Positions 28,208-37,899 of a stretch of 64,000 bases of DNA are shown piece by piece; the stretch's first letter is position 1; each line of letters starts with the position of its first letter. A model generated the notes under the pieces. It had not been told where the DNA came from and did no database searches. It saw only the letters and a program-made list of their open reading frames with translations. The translations under genes were made by a program, and so were the position numbers. The stretch is from Candidatus Aminicenantes bacterium (lineage in GTDB: Bacteria > Acidobacteriota > Aminicenantia > Aminicenantales > Aminicenantaceae). Where the stretch lies: NCBI GenBank assembly GCA_011773465.1, contig WVXO01000064.1, positions 57,929-121,928 of the forward strand, read 5' to 3'.

Positions 28208-30247
28208 ATGATATGTCCTAAATGTCACTTTGATAATCCCGCTGACACTAGCTCTTGCGGCAAGTGTGGGGAACATCTTTTTCTGTCGAATAAGGTTCCT
28301 CGTTCTAAGACAGAAACTATTCTAGCACCCAAGCCAGAATTAAGCGTGGGGACAACGTTTGCCGGAAGGTACCGCATAATAGAAGAGCTGGGCAGAGGGG
28401 GAATGGGCAAAGTCTACAAGGTAGTCGATAGTGAAATCAAGGAAAGCATGGCCTTAAAACTCTTAAATCCTGAGATTGCTGTAGACAAGAGCACACTTGA
28501 TCGCTTCCGAAACGAACTGAAATTTGCCCGCAAGATCACTCACAAGAATGTCTGTCGGATGTATGACCTCAACAAGGAAAAAGAAAACTACTATATTACT
28601 ATGGAGTATATGCCCGGTGAGGATTTAAAAAGTTCGCTTAGAAGAGCAGGGCGAATAAGTGTAGGGAAAGCTATCTTCATTGCTAAGCAGGTATGTGAAG
28701 GCTTGGCCGAAGCTCACCGCTTGGGAGTTGTGCATCGGGATCTAAAGCCGCAAAACATCATGATCGATAAAAAAGGGAATGCACACATTCTGGATTTTGG
28801 CATAGCTCGGTCTCTTAAGGCAAAAGGGATAACGGTGACGGGGACGATGATTGGAACGCCGGACTACATGTCACCTGAACAGGTTGAAGCAGAAGAGATA
28901 GACCAGCGTTCTGATATCTATGCTCTAGGCGTGATCCTTTATGAAATGCTTACAGGGACACTTCCTTTTGAAGGGAATACTCCTTTAAGCATTGCCGTGA
29001 AGCAAAAAACAGAGAAACCTCCGAATCCCAGAGACCTCAATCCTAAGATATCTGAAGAATTAAGCCAAGTGATACTTAGATGTATGACTAAGGAAAAAAA
29101 TAGAAGATATCAAAAAGCAGAGCATCTCCTTACTGACTTGGAAAATATAGATAAAGGCCTACCAACTACAGATAAGTTTCTCCCTGAGATAGAATTTAAG
29201 AAGGCAACTACAAGAAAGCATCTTGTACCCTGGGCTCTTCTTTTCATCGCTGTGATTACAATCACCGGATATTTATTCTATGATAAAGTTCTGCGCGGAG
29301 GACAGAAGGAGCAGGAGAACTCGGCTATGATTGCTGAACCCATTGCTGAGGAAAATTCTGTGTCGGCTTCTCAGTCTGGATTTATGGAAATTAATTCTAT
29401 CCCCGAAGGCGCAGGTGTTTATATTGATAATAAATACGAAGGAATAACGCCGATCAAACATGGGATTCTTCCCGGAACTTACAGAATAAGAATAAAAAAA
29501 GATCCTGAGTATGAAGAGATATCAGATGAAATCGAAGTAAAAACTAGGGAGACGTCTTCAAAAAACTATGTGTTAAGTGCAGCATACTTCCTTGAGGTAA
29601 AGACAGTTCCAGAAGGGGCCGATGTAAGAATTGACGGTAATTATAAAGGCAAGACACCTATAAAAGTAGAACTACCCAAGAGAACATGCCGATTGAAGAT
29701 AGAAAAAGGAGGGGAATGGTCGAATATTGATGAGTCGCTAACTTTAAATCCTGGCATAAACTCCTTCGAACGCTCTCTAAGAAGAATAACGCACAGCCTA
29801 TCCATAAAAACAGACCCACCCGGGGCAGGTGTTTCAATCGGGGGTGAGCCAATAGGAATAACTCCTGTGAAAAAAATGGATTTATTCGGCAACTACTACA
29901 TAAAAATAGAGAAGAAAGGCTATGAAACAATCGAAGAGCCGATTAATGTAGAGGCTGACACTGAAAAGACATACGACTTAATAAAACTTGAGAATAAAGT
30001 AGGTAAAATCATATTAAAAGTTCACCCTTATGCTAATGTTTTTTTAGATGGAAAATTAATCGGAGAAGTTCCGCCCACAATAATTCAAGAAGTTAAGGAA
30101 GGAAAACATACGATTGAATTTGTTTCGCAAAAACTAAGTAAAAAGATTACAGTTGAGCTGGAAATTAATGGCGAAGAAACCAAAGAAATCCGAATGAATA
30201 TGAAGTCAGGAAAAAAAGAAATATTGAAATTGAATTCAGAACAATAA
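28208..30247 (+). CDS. Ser/Thr protein kinase with an N-terminal zinc ribbon, one TM helix and extracytoplasmic PEGA domains.
   Basis: Zinc ribbon 'CPKCHFDNPADTSSCGKCG'. Kinase motifs 'GRGGMGKVYK', 'HRDLKPQNIM', 'DFGIAR' and 'SPEQ'. TM helix 'WALLFIAVITITGYLF'. PEGA repeats 'INSIPEGAGVYIDNKYEGITP', 'VKTVPEGADVRIDG' and 'IKTDPPGAGVSIGG'. Confidence 0.9.
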   Translation: MICPKCHFDNPADTSSCGKCGEHLFLSNKVPRSKTETILAPKPELSVGTTFAGRYRIIEELGRGGMGKVYKVVDSEIKESMALKLLNPEIAVDKSTLDRFRNELKFARKITHKNVCRMYDLNKEKENYYITMEYMPGEDLKSSLRRAGRISVGKAIFIAKQVCEGLAEAHRLGVVHRDLKPQNIMIDKKGNAHILDFGIARSLKAKGITVTGTMIGTPDYMSPEQVEAEEIDQRSDIYALGVILYEMLTGTLPFEGNTPLSIAVKQKTEKPPNPRDLNPKISEELSQVILRCMTKEKNRRYQKAEHLLTDLENIDKGLPTTDKFLPEIEFKKATTRKHLVPWALLFIAVITITGYLFYDKVLRGGQKEQENSAMIAEPIAEENSVSASQSGFMEINSIPEGAGVYIDNKYEGITPIKHGILPGTYRIRIKKDPEYEEISDEIEVKTRETSSKNYVLSAAYFLEVKTVPEGADVRIDGNYKGKTPIKVELPKRTCRLKIEKGGEWSNIDESLTLNPGINSFERSLRRITHSLSIKTDPPGAGVSIGGEPIGITPVKKMDLFGNYYIKIEKKGYETIEEPINVEADTEKTYDLIKLENKVGKIILKVHPYANVFLDGKLIGEVPPTIIQEVKEGKHTIEFVSQKLSKKITVELEINGEETKEIRMNMKSGKKEILKLNSEQ

Positions 30248-30303
30248 AATTACTTATATATTTTAAAATCGCGCCTTAATAACTATAACCAAAAAAAACA
30301 ATT

Positions 30304-32265
30304 ATGGCAGTCAATAAAATATATAAGTCAAAATTTTTAGCTTATTTGCTAATTTTCTCCTTTCTCTTTTTGATAACCACAGAAGCCTTGCCAAACACAG
30401 TAAATTCTGATTCTGATGAAGAATTTAAGCCTGTGGTGAGAGTACAAGAGGAAAAAGAAAAAATCCCAGATACCCAAAAAGATCGCTTTGACAAATTATT
30501 TGAGGAAGGGAAGAAGCTTTGCCAAGAAGAGATGGATTATGAAGGTGCAATAGAAAAATTTAATGAAGCATTAGACCTTGCTGTAACAAAAGCACAAAAA
30601 GCAGACGTTTTTTATCATATGTCTCTTGCTCATTATGGGGATCTAGGCAGGAAGGGAACCAAAGAGCTTTACGAGATAATAGGAAAGCTTATAGAAGTGG
30701 ATTATTATCGAGAACTGGACGAGATTTTATCCCCACTGAAGTATGTAGAATTATTCGAAGAGATAAAAAAAGAATATGGAGCTTTGAAAGTACAATCAAA
30801 GCCAGCGGGAGCAGATGTCTATTTAAGAGACAGTGAAATTCCTGCAGGAAAGACGCCTTTAATAATTGGTGCCAAGGCAGGGCCGCTGACAATAAAAATA
30901 AAAAAGGGAAATAAGACGAAAAGCGATATCCTCAAGGTGGTTGCCGGGAAAGAAACAACATCATCAGTCTATGTCTTAAAGGGTGGATCAACTTTATTAT
31001 ATGTCTTAGGAGGTATAGCGTTAGCAGCAGGTACAGGAGCTGTCTTATTATTAAAAGGCGGAGCTGGAGCAACAACCGGTAGTATTCAGGTTAATTCCAC
31101 TCCACAAGGAGCAAGCATATACCTTAACGGGAAAGATACAAGGCAAACGACAAACTCCACCCTAATTGATGTATCCCCTGGAAGTCATACTGTAACACTG
31201 GTTAAAGAAGGATATGAAGATTATGAAGAGAATATTTCTGTAACAGCAGGGCAAACAACAACTGTAAACGCAAATCTAGCGGCAGTCATCATAACAGTAA
31301 CAAATCCTACAAGCAGCACTATCTGGACGAAGGGAGTTGAAGTGGAGATAACATGGGGAAGCAGCGGTTCACCTAGTTTTCAAGCAAATGTTAAAAAAAG
31401 CGCCAGATTAAATCTTTTATCAAAATCAGGGAGAAATCCATTGCCATCCTTTCGCAGAAGAGCTCTTAGATCCAGACATTATTTTCGGAGCTTAATAAGG
31501 ACAAGAAGAGAGTTAAATAACAAAAGTAATATGGACCTGTCGAGCATTATGGAAATAAGTTCGTCCAAAACTACAGAAATAAATTTAAATAGATCATCCA
31601 ACTCTCCAGATGCCTTAAGAAAGCTTTCCGCCGGTCATAAAGAAGTCAATATCTCTCATCAGAGAGCAAAAAACTTAGGTGTCATAAAAAAGAATAAAAG
31701 CTACACAAAGGTTAATTCGCCTATTTCTAAAGCAATTTCTCCTCAAATATTTAAATCATCAAACAAGGCAAGTGCGTTGTCTTTAACAAATGTGAAGATT
31801 GACCTCTACAAAGGAGGTATCTTCCAGGAAACAATTGAATCCGAAACAGAGAATGATGGCACGTATACATGGACAGTGAATACATCTCTTGCAGACGGCT
31901 CAGACTATAGGGTGAGGATCTCTTCTGTCAGTGAACCTGGAATCTATGATGAAAGTGATAATTTCACGATTGAAGTAAAATCTATCAACGTCATTGAGCC
32001 TGCAAGTAGCACTACCTGGATAAAAGGTAATTCAGCTACTATCAATTGGACATCTGCAGGAACAATAAACGATGTGAAGATTGAGCTCCATAGAGGAGGC
32101 AGCTTCGTACAAACAATCGTATCCAGCACAACAGATAATGGCGTCTATACATGGACACAGGTGAATCCAGCTCTTCCAGCTGCGCCGAATTACAAGGTAA
32201 AGATCATCTGTATCAGTGTTCCTGAAATTTACGATGAAAGTGATAATTTCACAATCACTGACTAA
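30304..32265 (+). CDS. Secreted protein with PEGA domains and two C-terminal Kre9/KNH-like repeats. The first repeat is split by an AT-rich basic insertion.
   Basis: Signal peptide. PEGA repeats 'VQSKPAGADVYLRD' and 'VNSTPQGASIYLNGKD...VKEGYEDYEE'. Repeats 'TNPTSSTIWTKGVEVEITW...' and 'IEPASSTTWIKGNSATINW...YDESDNFTI'. Confidence 0.6.
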   Translation: MAVNKIYKSKFLAYLLIFSFLFLITTEALPNTVNSDSDEEFKPVVRVQEEKEKIPDTQKDRFDKLFEEGKKLCQEEMDYEGAIEKFNEALDLAVTKAQKADVFYHMSLAHYGDLGRKGTKELYEIIGKLIEVDYYRELDEILSPLKYVELFEEIKKEYGALKVQSKPAGADVYLRDSEIPAGKTPLIIGAKAGPLTIKIKKGNKTKSDILKVVAGKETTSSVYVLKGGSTLLYVLGGIALAAGTGAVLLLKGGAGATTGSIQVNSTPQGASIYLNGKDTRQTTNSTLIDVSPGSHTVTLVKEGYEDYEENISVTAGQTTTVNANLAAVIITVTNPTSSTIWTKGVEVEITWGSSGSPSFQANVKKSARLNLLSKSGRNPLPSFRRRALRSRHYFRSLIRTRRELNNKSNMDLSSIMEISSSKTTEINLNRSSNSPDALRKLSAGHKEVNISHQRAKNLGVIKKNKSYTKVNSPISKAISPQIFKSSNKASALSLTNVKIDLYKGGIFQETIESETENDGTYTWTVNTSLADGSDYRVRISSVSEPGIYDESDNFTIEVKSINVIEPASSTTWIKGNSATINWTSAGTINDVKIELHRGGSFVQTIVSSTTDNGVYTWTQVNPALPAAPNYKVKIICISVPEIYDESDNFTITD

Positions 32266-32440
32266 AAGTCTATAACTGCAATTGAATAAATAATCAAAAC
32301 TGTTTGAAATAAAGTTAATTCATCTGATATCGGCGAGGCATCCAAATATATATTAAATTGTTTAGCGATCAATCTTCAAAAAATTTGCCAGATAAGAAAC
32401 ACCAAACACAGAAGAGAACAAATAAGAAAGATAAGAAAGC

Positions 32441-32947
32441 ATGAAAAAAATTTATAAGCCAATCATTACTTTTTTAATTTTGCTTAATATCTCATTATCT
32501 GCATCGCTTACTTGTTTCAGTCAGGATGAAAAGGAGAAAAAAGGAACCTTAAATCCCAAAAAAATAAGCTCTCTCCAAAAATCATTATTAATCCCGGGTT
32601 GGGGTCAGATAGCAGAAAAGAGATATCTGGAAGGAATTTTATTCTTATCAGCAGAAATCTTTTGTTTTTATAAGATATTTTCATATAATCACAAGGGGAA
32701 TGATTATTATAATCTATACAAAAGAGCGGATAATGTCAGTGATGCCACCAAATACAGAGACCTGACAGAGAAGTTTGACACCAAGAGGAACAGGTTTATT
32801 CTGGCGGCGGCGAGTGTCTGGATCATTAATCTTATTGACATATATATTATTGTAAAAAAAAAGGATGAAAAAGAGAGAAATCTAAGATTAAAGTTTAAGT
32901 TCAATGAAAATAAAGATCTGGCATTTACCATTTCTTATAGCTTTTAG
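32441..32947 (+). CDS. Small membrane protein with a PGWGQ motif (DUF5683-like).
   Basis: Signal or TM segment. 'LLIPGWGQIAEKRYLEGILFLSAEIF' and a second TM helix 'FILAAASVWIINLIDIYII'. Confidence 0.35.
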   Translation: MKKIYKPIITFLILLNISLSASLTCFSQDEKEKKGTLNPKKISSLQKSLLIPGWGQIAEKRYLEGILFLSAEIFCFYKIFSYNHKGNDYYNLYKRADNVSDATKYRDLTEKFDTKRNRFILAAASVWIINLIDIYIIVKKKDEKERNLRLKFKFNENKDLAFTISYSF

Positions 32948-33632
32948 TATTCTTCTTCACCCGTCCTGCAAGGACCGCCTATTCGACAATCCCTTTGATC
33001 CCGAGGCAGGGGAAATCGTCTTTGAGGTAGTTAGCACTATTTTAACTCCTTCCTACGTCCCGCTCTGCCTTACCTGGGACGGCAGCACCATATGGAATGT
33101 CGATGGCTACAATGAGACGCTCTACAGCCTCGACAAGCTTAGTGGAGCTCAAGTTAGAGCTTTAACATCTCCTCTTCCGGGAACAACAGGAATAGCCTAC
33201 GACGGCCAAGACCTCTGGGTATGCAGTGAATTGTCTGTTGATGTTTATAAAATAAATCTGTTAAACGGTGTGATCCAAAAAAGGCTCAATTTGCAAAGAG
33301 GCTCTTTTACAGCTATCGAGTATGGCTTGGATTCTTTATGGCTAGCTGATATTCAATCAAACATGATAATCAGGGTGGACCCAGAAACCGCTGAGATAAT
33401 CTCTTCATTTTCCAATCCGGGCGTTAGCGTAGATGGCTTAGCCTTTGACGGGAATGATTTTTGGATTTCTGACTCTTCAACCCTTACTATCTATCAAGTA
33501 ACCACTGAGGGGAGAGTCTTGAGGACTTTCCTTTCCCCTGGCCAATCTCCTCGAGGATTAGCTTTTGATGGGCATTATCTATGGAATGTGGATGGGGATC
33601 GAAAAATATATCAGTTGAGATTTCAAAATTGA
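32904..33632 (+). CDS. Lipoprotein made of 'DG..LW..D' beta-propeller-type repeats.
   Basis: Lipobox 'LLHPSC'. Four repeats, for example 'LTWDGSTIWNVDGYNETLYSLD' and 'LAFDGHYLWNVDGDRKIYQL'. The same repeat type occurs in CDS 48747-50372. Confidence 0.5.
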   Translation: MKIKIWHLPFLIAFSILLHPSCKDRLFDNPFDPEAGEIVFEVVSTILTPSYVPLCLTWDGSTIWNVDGYNETLYSLDKLSGAQVRALTSPLPGTTGIAYDGQDLWVCSELSVDVYKINLLNGVIQKRLNLQRGSFTAIEYGLDSLWLADIQSNMIIRVDPETAEIISSFSNPGVSVDGLAFDGNDFWISDSSTLTIYQVTTEGRVLRTFLSPGQSPRGLAFDGHYLWNVDGDRKIYQLRFQN

Positions 33633-35506
33633 ATTCTCTTAAAAATTTTACCCTAGTTTTTTTGCTTCTTTTCCTCATTTCTAGAGAAACTAATGCTTCA
33701 AATATGGGCTTGACGAATCAAATCCCTACAAAAGAAGATACATTGATTAGTTTAAAAGGCGAATACCTGGCCTACAGTTATGACTTTAATCAATTATACG
33801 GAGAAAATGTTGAATTCGAATTCTCTTCGTATAGTGTTTCCTGCCGTCAAATAAAGATAGATATTACTCCCAGAATATTTTATGCCTTTGGAGAAGTCAT
33901 TTTAAAAAAGGAGGATGAGAAACTAAATGGAGATGAATTCTTATTTGACTCTCAGGCAAAAAGAGGAACACTTATTAGCTACGGAGAAAAGATTGAAGTT
34001 AAAGAAATTGATAATGAGGGAAAGGAAATTTCTTTAAAAAAAAATGATGTTTTGACCGAGTTAACTCTTGCAAAAATTCAAAAATCATTGATTTATTTCG
34101 CTGGTCAGACGATCCATATAACAACCGATTTTGAAGTCTACGGATACAATGTGACTCTATTTGTAGAAGGCTTAGAATCCGTTAAGTTTAAGAAATTTAG
34201 ATTATCTGGCGGCATTGGCCAAAGAAGAAACGGAATTTCTTTAAACAGAGTATGGTATACAAAGTCCCAGGGCTTGATAGGGAGGGTGAGTTATTCCTAT
34301 GAAAAAGAGAAAAAAGTAAATAGTTTAACCCAGCTCAACTATGAAGAACATTCGTTCTTAAAAAATTATTCTGGGCTTAAGCGACAGGTAGACATTATTA
34401 GCTCAACAACCATAAATCTAAAAGATGATTTAAATCTTGGTCTAGCAGGAAACTATAATTCGAGTAATCTCTGGAATACACTCTTTTGGTTGAATAAAAA
34501 CTGGAGTAAAAAAATTAGTACGCAAGTAAATTTTTCATACAACAAGCCTATAAACCTTAAAGGAGAAGCCTGGTTTGGTCTTCAATCAAACATTGATACA
34601 GGAAAATTTGGAAATATTTCATTTTCAGGTAAATACGAGATTCAAAATCAGATGTTGGCCAATTTTTCATACGGAAATACTTTTTTGAAAAATATCAATT
34701 TCCTTTTATCCTCCACTTATTCCCAGATTAAGATTACTGAGAGCTCTGATTATTCTAAAATATTCTCGGGCGCAGTTAACCTCTCTTATAGTTCTCGAAT
34801 ATTTAATGTTTCCACGGATTATTTCTTGAATTATGACCTTTTTGGGGATCAACTCCTTTCACAGCCGCAACTCAGATTGGGGCTTAATCCATTTCAATTT
34901 TATGGGGGGCTAATATCTGCCAACATTTACAATATATTTATCTATAATAATTTGAAAAGAGGCGGAACCGAGGAAGACAGCTATAGTAATAATACAGTTC
35001 TCACTCTTTCAACCCAACCTGTTTTTCTCCATAAAAGCATGAGTCTAAATTATAGTTTTTCTCTCGAACAATTTGTCGAAAAAGAAGGAAGGAATTTCAC
35101 CTCTGGCGGATTTATCTTTAATCTAAACAAAAGTATTGTAAAGGGTATTTCTTTAGAAGGCCTCTACAGCCTTCAATCGAGAAGGAAAACAGAGGATTGG
35201 CTCATTGAGGGGACGACAAGTCAAGACTTGAGTGCTGTCTTAAAAGTTAATCCTTCAGAAAGATTAAATGGATGGATCTCTTTTTCTTACGACCCTAAAA
35301 ATAGTCAGTGGCGGCAGTCATTTGCTGATATTTCGGTAGGAATTATTAGGTACTGGAAACTTCATACTTTAATTCATTATGACTTTCTTTTAGAAAAGAT
35401 AAACAACGTCGATTTATATTTGATCCGTGATGCCGGAAGATTTCAGCTAAGGTTTATCTGGCGGAGTCTTTCCAAACAGTTTCTGATCGAATTGGTCCCA
35501 AGATGA
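33581..35506 (+). CDS. Large beta-rich hypothetical protein, possibly an outer-membrane protein. Start uncertain.
   Basis: Hydrophobic signal-like segment 'FTLVFLLLFLISRETNASN'. Asn/Ser/Tyr-rich alternating beta-strand character and a C-terminal aromatic residue near the end. The annotated start overlaps the upstream gene, so the true start is probably internal. Confidence 0.35.
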   Translation: MECGWGSKNISVEISKLNSLKNFTLVFLLLFLISRETNASNMGLTNQIPTKEDTLISLKGEYLAYSYDFNQLYGENVEFEFSSYSVSCRQIKIDITPRIFYAFGEVILKKEDEKLNGDEFLFDSQAKRGTLISYGEKIEVKEIDNEGKEISLKKNDVLTELTLAKIQKSLIYFAGQTIHITTDFEVYGYNVTLFVEGLESVKFKKFRLSGGIGQRRNGISLNRVWYTKSQGLIGRVSYSYEKEKKVNSLTQLNYEEHSFLKNYSGLKRQVDIISSTTINLKDDLNLGLAGNYNSSNLWNTLFWLNKNWSKKISTQVNFSYNKPINLKGEAWFGLQSNIDTGKFGNISFSGKYEIQNQMLANFSYGNTFLKNINFLLSSTYSQIKITESSDYSKIFSGAVNLSYSSRIFNVSTDYFLNYDLFGDQLLSQPQLRLGLNPFQFYGGLISANIYNIFIYNNLKRGGTEEDSYSNNTVLTLSTQPVFLHKSMSLNYSFSLEQFVEKEGRNFTSGGFIFNLNKSIVKGISLEGLYSLQSRRKTEDWLIEGTTSQDLSAVLKVNPSERLNGWISFSYDPKNSQWRQSFADISVGIIRYWKLHTLIHYDFLLEKINNVDLYLIRDAGRFQLRFIWRSLSKQFLIELVPR

Positions 35507-35964
35507 AAAAATATTTAGTTGTTTTTGTTCTTGTTATATCATTAGTATTTTTCTGGAATTGTATCTCGTTCAAGGCTGGTAACCTTTTACCATCTGAGAA
35601 CCAGGTTGAATCTATTCATTTATGTAAAAAAATAGATGACAGCAGTGACTTACTAAAGCCTTTAGATATTCAGTCCGAATTCACTCTTAAGGATGATCGT
35701 GTTATCTGTTTTATAAAATTAAAAGATATCTCCACAAAGATTGACTTAAAATGGAAATGGTATTCTCCTGATAAGAAGTTGGTAAGGGATACCGGAAATA
35801 TAATCGTAAGTAAGGGCGACAGATATCTTGCGGCCGCCACTGCTTATGACATGTACAAACTTAATCCTGAGAATATCGCTGAAGGGCAATGGACTGTAGT
35901 CATTTTTATGAATGATAAATTTATTGGAAAAAAATTGTTTCAAATTTTACCATCCTCGCGATAG
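35503..35964 (+). CDS. Hypothetical secreted or membrane protein.
   Basis: ATGA start/stop overlap with the upstream gene, giving operon coupling. Signal 'KYLVVFVLVISLVFFWNC'. Confidence 0.4.
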   Translation: MKKYLVVFVLVISLVFFWNCISFKAGNLLPSENQVESIHLCKKIDDSSDLLKPLDIQSEFTLKDDRVICFIKLKDISTKIDLKWKWYSPDKKLVRDTGNIIVSKGDRYLAAATAYDMYKLNPENIAEGQWTVVIFMNDKFIGKKLFQILPSSR

Positions 35965-36027
35965 CCTTGACTGCTTTCCGAGATAATTTTTTCATTCTTC
36001 TTGCAAACTGCCCGTTTCATATGAATA

Positions 36028-36822
36028 ATGTTAATAATGAAAAATAGTGATAATTCAGAAAAAAATTCTGTTCCCTCAATATTGGCAGCTCTGAAGTCAT
36101 ATGATGGATGCGAGTTTGATGTAAGGTTAACAAAAGACAGAGCTTTGGTCCTTTACCACGATGCTAAGTACAATGGCCGTAGACTTCTTGAAACAAATTT
36201 CAAAGACCTTAATGGAGTGCATACTCTCCAGGAACTGGTCGGTCACCCTCAAGTAATAGAATCAATCAATAATAACGGTAAAACACTCTGGATAGAAACA
36301 AAAGAGGATACCACTTTGGGAATAAAAAGAGACCTTGTCTACTGCCAAGAATTGGCCAGGAGTATTACAGACCTGTTAAATGATTCTTATTTGAAATCAG
36401 AAAATATCCGAATAATTTCTTTCAGTTCAGAAATCTTAAAACACATAAAGGGTTTCCTCACCTGCAGGATAGTCCCTTACATTTTTACAAGAACGGATTC
36501 ATTAATCCGATACTACAACCATAAAACAATCTTCCAGATGTTTATATCCCTTCGACGGTACATCCTGGATACTAAAAAAATGGGGATCAATGGCCTTCTT
36601 TTCTATAAGCGGTATTTGCGGGGATTCTTCTCACTTTTTCAGCCATCACTGGAAGAGATCAAATTGCTAGGAAAAGATAATTTCATCCTAGGGACCGGTG
36701 TGGAAACACTCGAAGAAGAAAAGTTTTTCAAAGATATTGTTTGCGTCACTGATTATCGTGGGGAGCGAAAAGGCGGAAGAGGTAAAGATGCCGGCCCTCT
36801 TATTTGTCACAGAGGATTATGA
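36028..36822 (+). CDS. Glycerophosphodiester phosphodiesterase-like (GDPD family) protein.
   Basis: 'GCEFDVRLTKDRALVLYHD' matches the GDPD 'E.D(V/L)..T.DG..V..HD' motif. Confidence 0.5.
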   Translation: MLIMKNSDNSEKNSVPSILAALKSYDGCEFDVRLTKDRALVLYHDAKYNGRRLLETNFKDLNGVHTLQELVGHPQVIESINNNGKTLWIETKEDTTLGIKRDLVYCQELARSITDLLNDSYLKSENIRIISFSSEILKHIKGFLTCRIVPYIFTRTDSLIRYYNHKTIFQMFISLRRYILDTKKMGINGLLFYKRYLRGFFSLFQPSLEEIKLLGKDNFILGTGVETLEEEKFFKDIVCVTDYRGERKGGRGKDAGPLICHRGL

Positions 36823-37703
36823 CTATGAAGGGAATACTCAGAATTTTTAAGAAAAAGAAGCCAAAGTGGGCCTTAGTGCTTATGGGAGGCGGTTCTAGAG
36901 GACTAGCACACATAGGGATACTCGATGTCCTCCAAAAGAATGGATTAATTCCAGATATTATCGTAGGAACTTCCATGGGAGCTGTAATCGGAGGGCTCTT
37001 TGCATCTGGAATTTCTCCGACAAAATTGAAAGAGATAGCGAATGATTTTAACATAAATAATTTTATCGAAAGGCCTAACCTGCCTATTTTATCAAAAAAA
37101 TCACAAATCAATATTTTAGATTTCCTTATGCTCGAAAGTTATAAGAGCAAGCTTCTGAAGAAATTGGGGCTTAATAGGGAAGATAAAATAGAAGCCTATT
37201 TAAGAAGCTTAATAGGAGAAATTTGCATAGAAGAGCTACCTATGAAATTTGCATGTAATGCAGTTGATTTAATATCTGGAAAGGAGATTATTTTCAAAAA
37301 AGGAAAACTCTATAAAGCTCTTCGGGCTACAATGTCTCTGCCAATCTTATTTGAACCAACAAGTATTGATGATATGCTGCTCCTGGATGGAGGAGTTCTC
37401 AACAATGCACCTGTGGGAATAGCAAGAAATCTCGATGCCCATAAGGTAATTCTTGTGGATGTGCATAAAGACCTAAAAGAAGTTCCTACAGAAGAAATAA
37501 AGAATACATTCCAGCTTCTTTATAGGATGGTGGAAACCATGGTGGACTATAAAACAGAAGAGAAGATAAAGACAGCGGATTTTGTAATTAGAGTTGATTT
37601 AGAAATGGATGCACTCGATTACTCTGATCCTTTAGGTATAGTTGAAGCAGGAGAGAATACCGCAAACGAAAATATCAATAAAATCAAGAGCTTTGTTTCT
37701 TAA
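36804..37703 (+). CDS. Patatin-like phospholipase.
   Basis: Oxyanion 'MGGGSRG', nucleophile elbow 'GTSMG' and catalytic 'DGG' ('LLDGGVLNN'). Confidence 0.85.
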   Translation: MSQRIMTMKGILRIFKKKKPKWALVLMGGGSRGLAHIGILDVLQKNGLIPDIIVGTSMGAVIGGLFASGISPTKLKEIANDFNINNFIERPNLPILSKKSQINILDFLMLESYKSKLLKKLGLNREDKIEAYLRSLIGEICIEELPMKFACNAVDLISGKEIIFKKGKLYKALRATMSLPILFEPTSIDDMLLLDGGVLNNAPVGIARNLDAHKVILVDVHKDLKEVPTEEIKNTFQLLYRMVETMVDYKTEEKIKTADFVIRVDLEMDALDYSDPLGIVEAGENTANENINKIKSFVS

Positions 37704-37766
37704 AATCTGAAGGTTCTTTGTTTGCCTTGAGTAAGGTATGATTAATACTATATATGGGTTAATATT

Positions 37767-37795
37767 ATGTAGGGGCTTGATTCATCAAGCCCACC
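37767..37795. repeat. REP-like element, family A, single copy.
   Basis: 'atgtaggggcttgattcatcaagccc'. Confidence 0.8.
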
Positions 37796-37899
37796 TGTTG
37801 AATATAAAAAGAATTTGTATGTTTCTGATTTATCAAATACACATTTTAATATCATAAAAAGGTGGATTTGATAAGTCAAATCCCTGCAAAAATAAAATT

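Noticed and set aside
33581-33703. Annotated start MECGWG of the 641-aa protein overlapping the upstream gene by 52 nt.
   Set aside because: The true start is probably an internal Met or a TTG near 33662-33704. Kept the ORF coordinates but flagged the uncertainty.
36804-37703. Patatin-like phospholipase as the effector of a CBASS or other anti-phage defence system.
   Set aside because: No cyclase/nucleotidyltransferase, E1/E2-like, SMODS/SAVED or other defence partner is nearby. Neighbours are a GDPD-like phosphodiesterase and a hypothetical protein, consistent with lipid metabolism.
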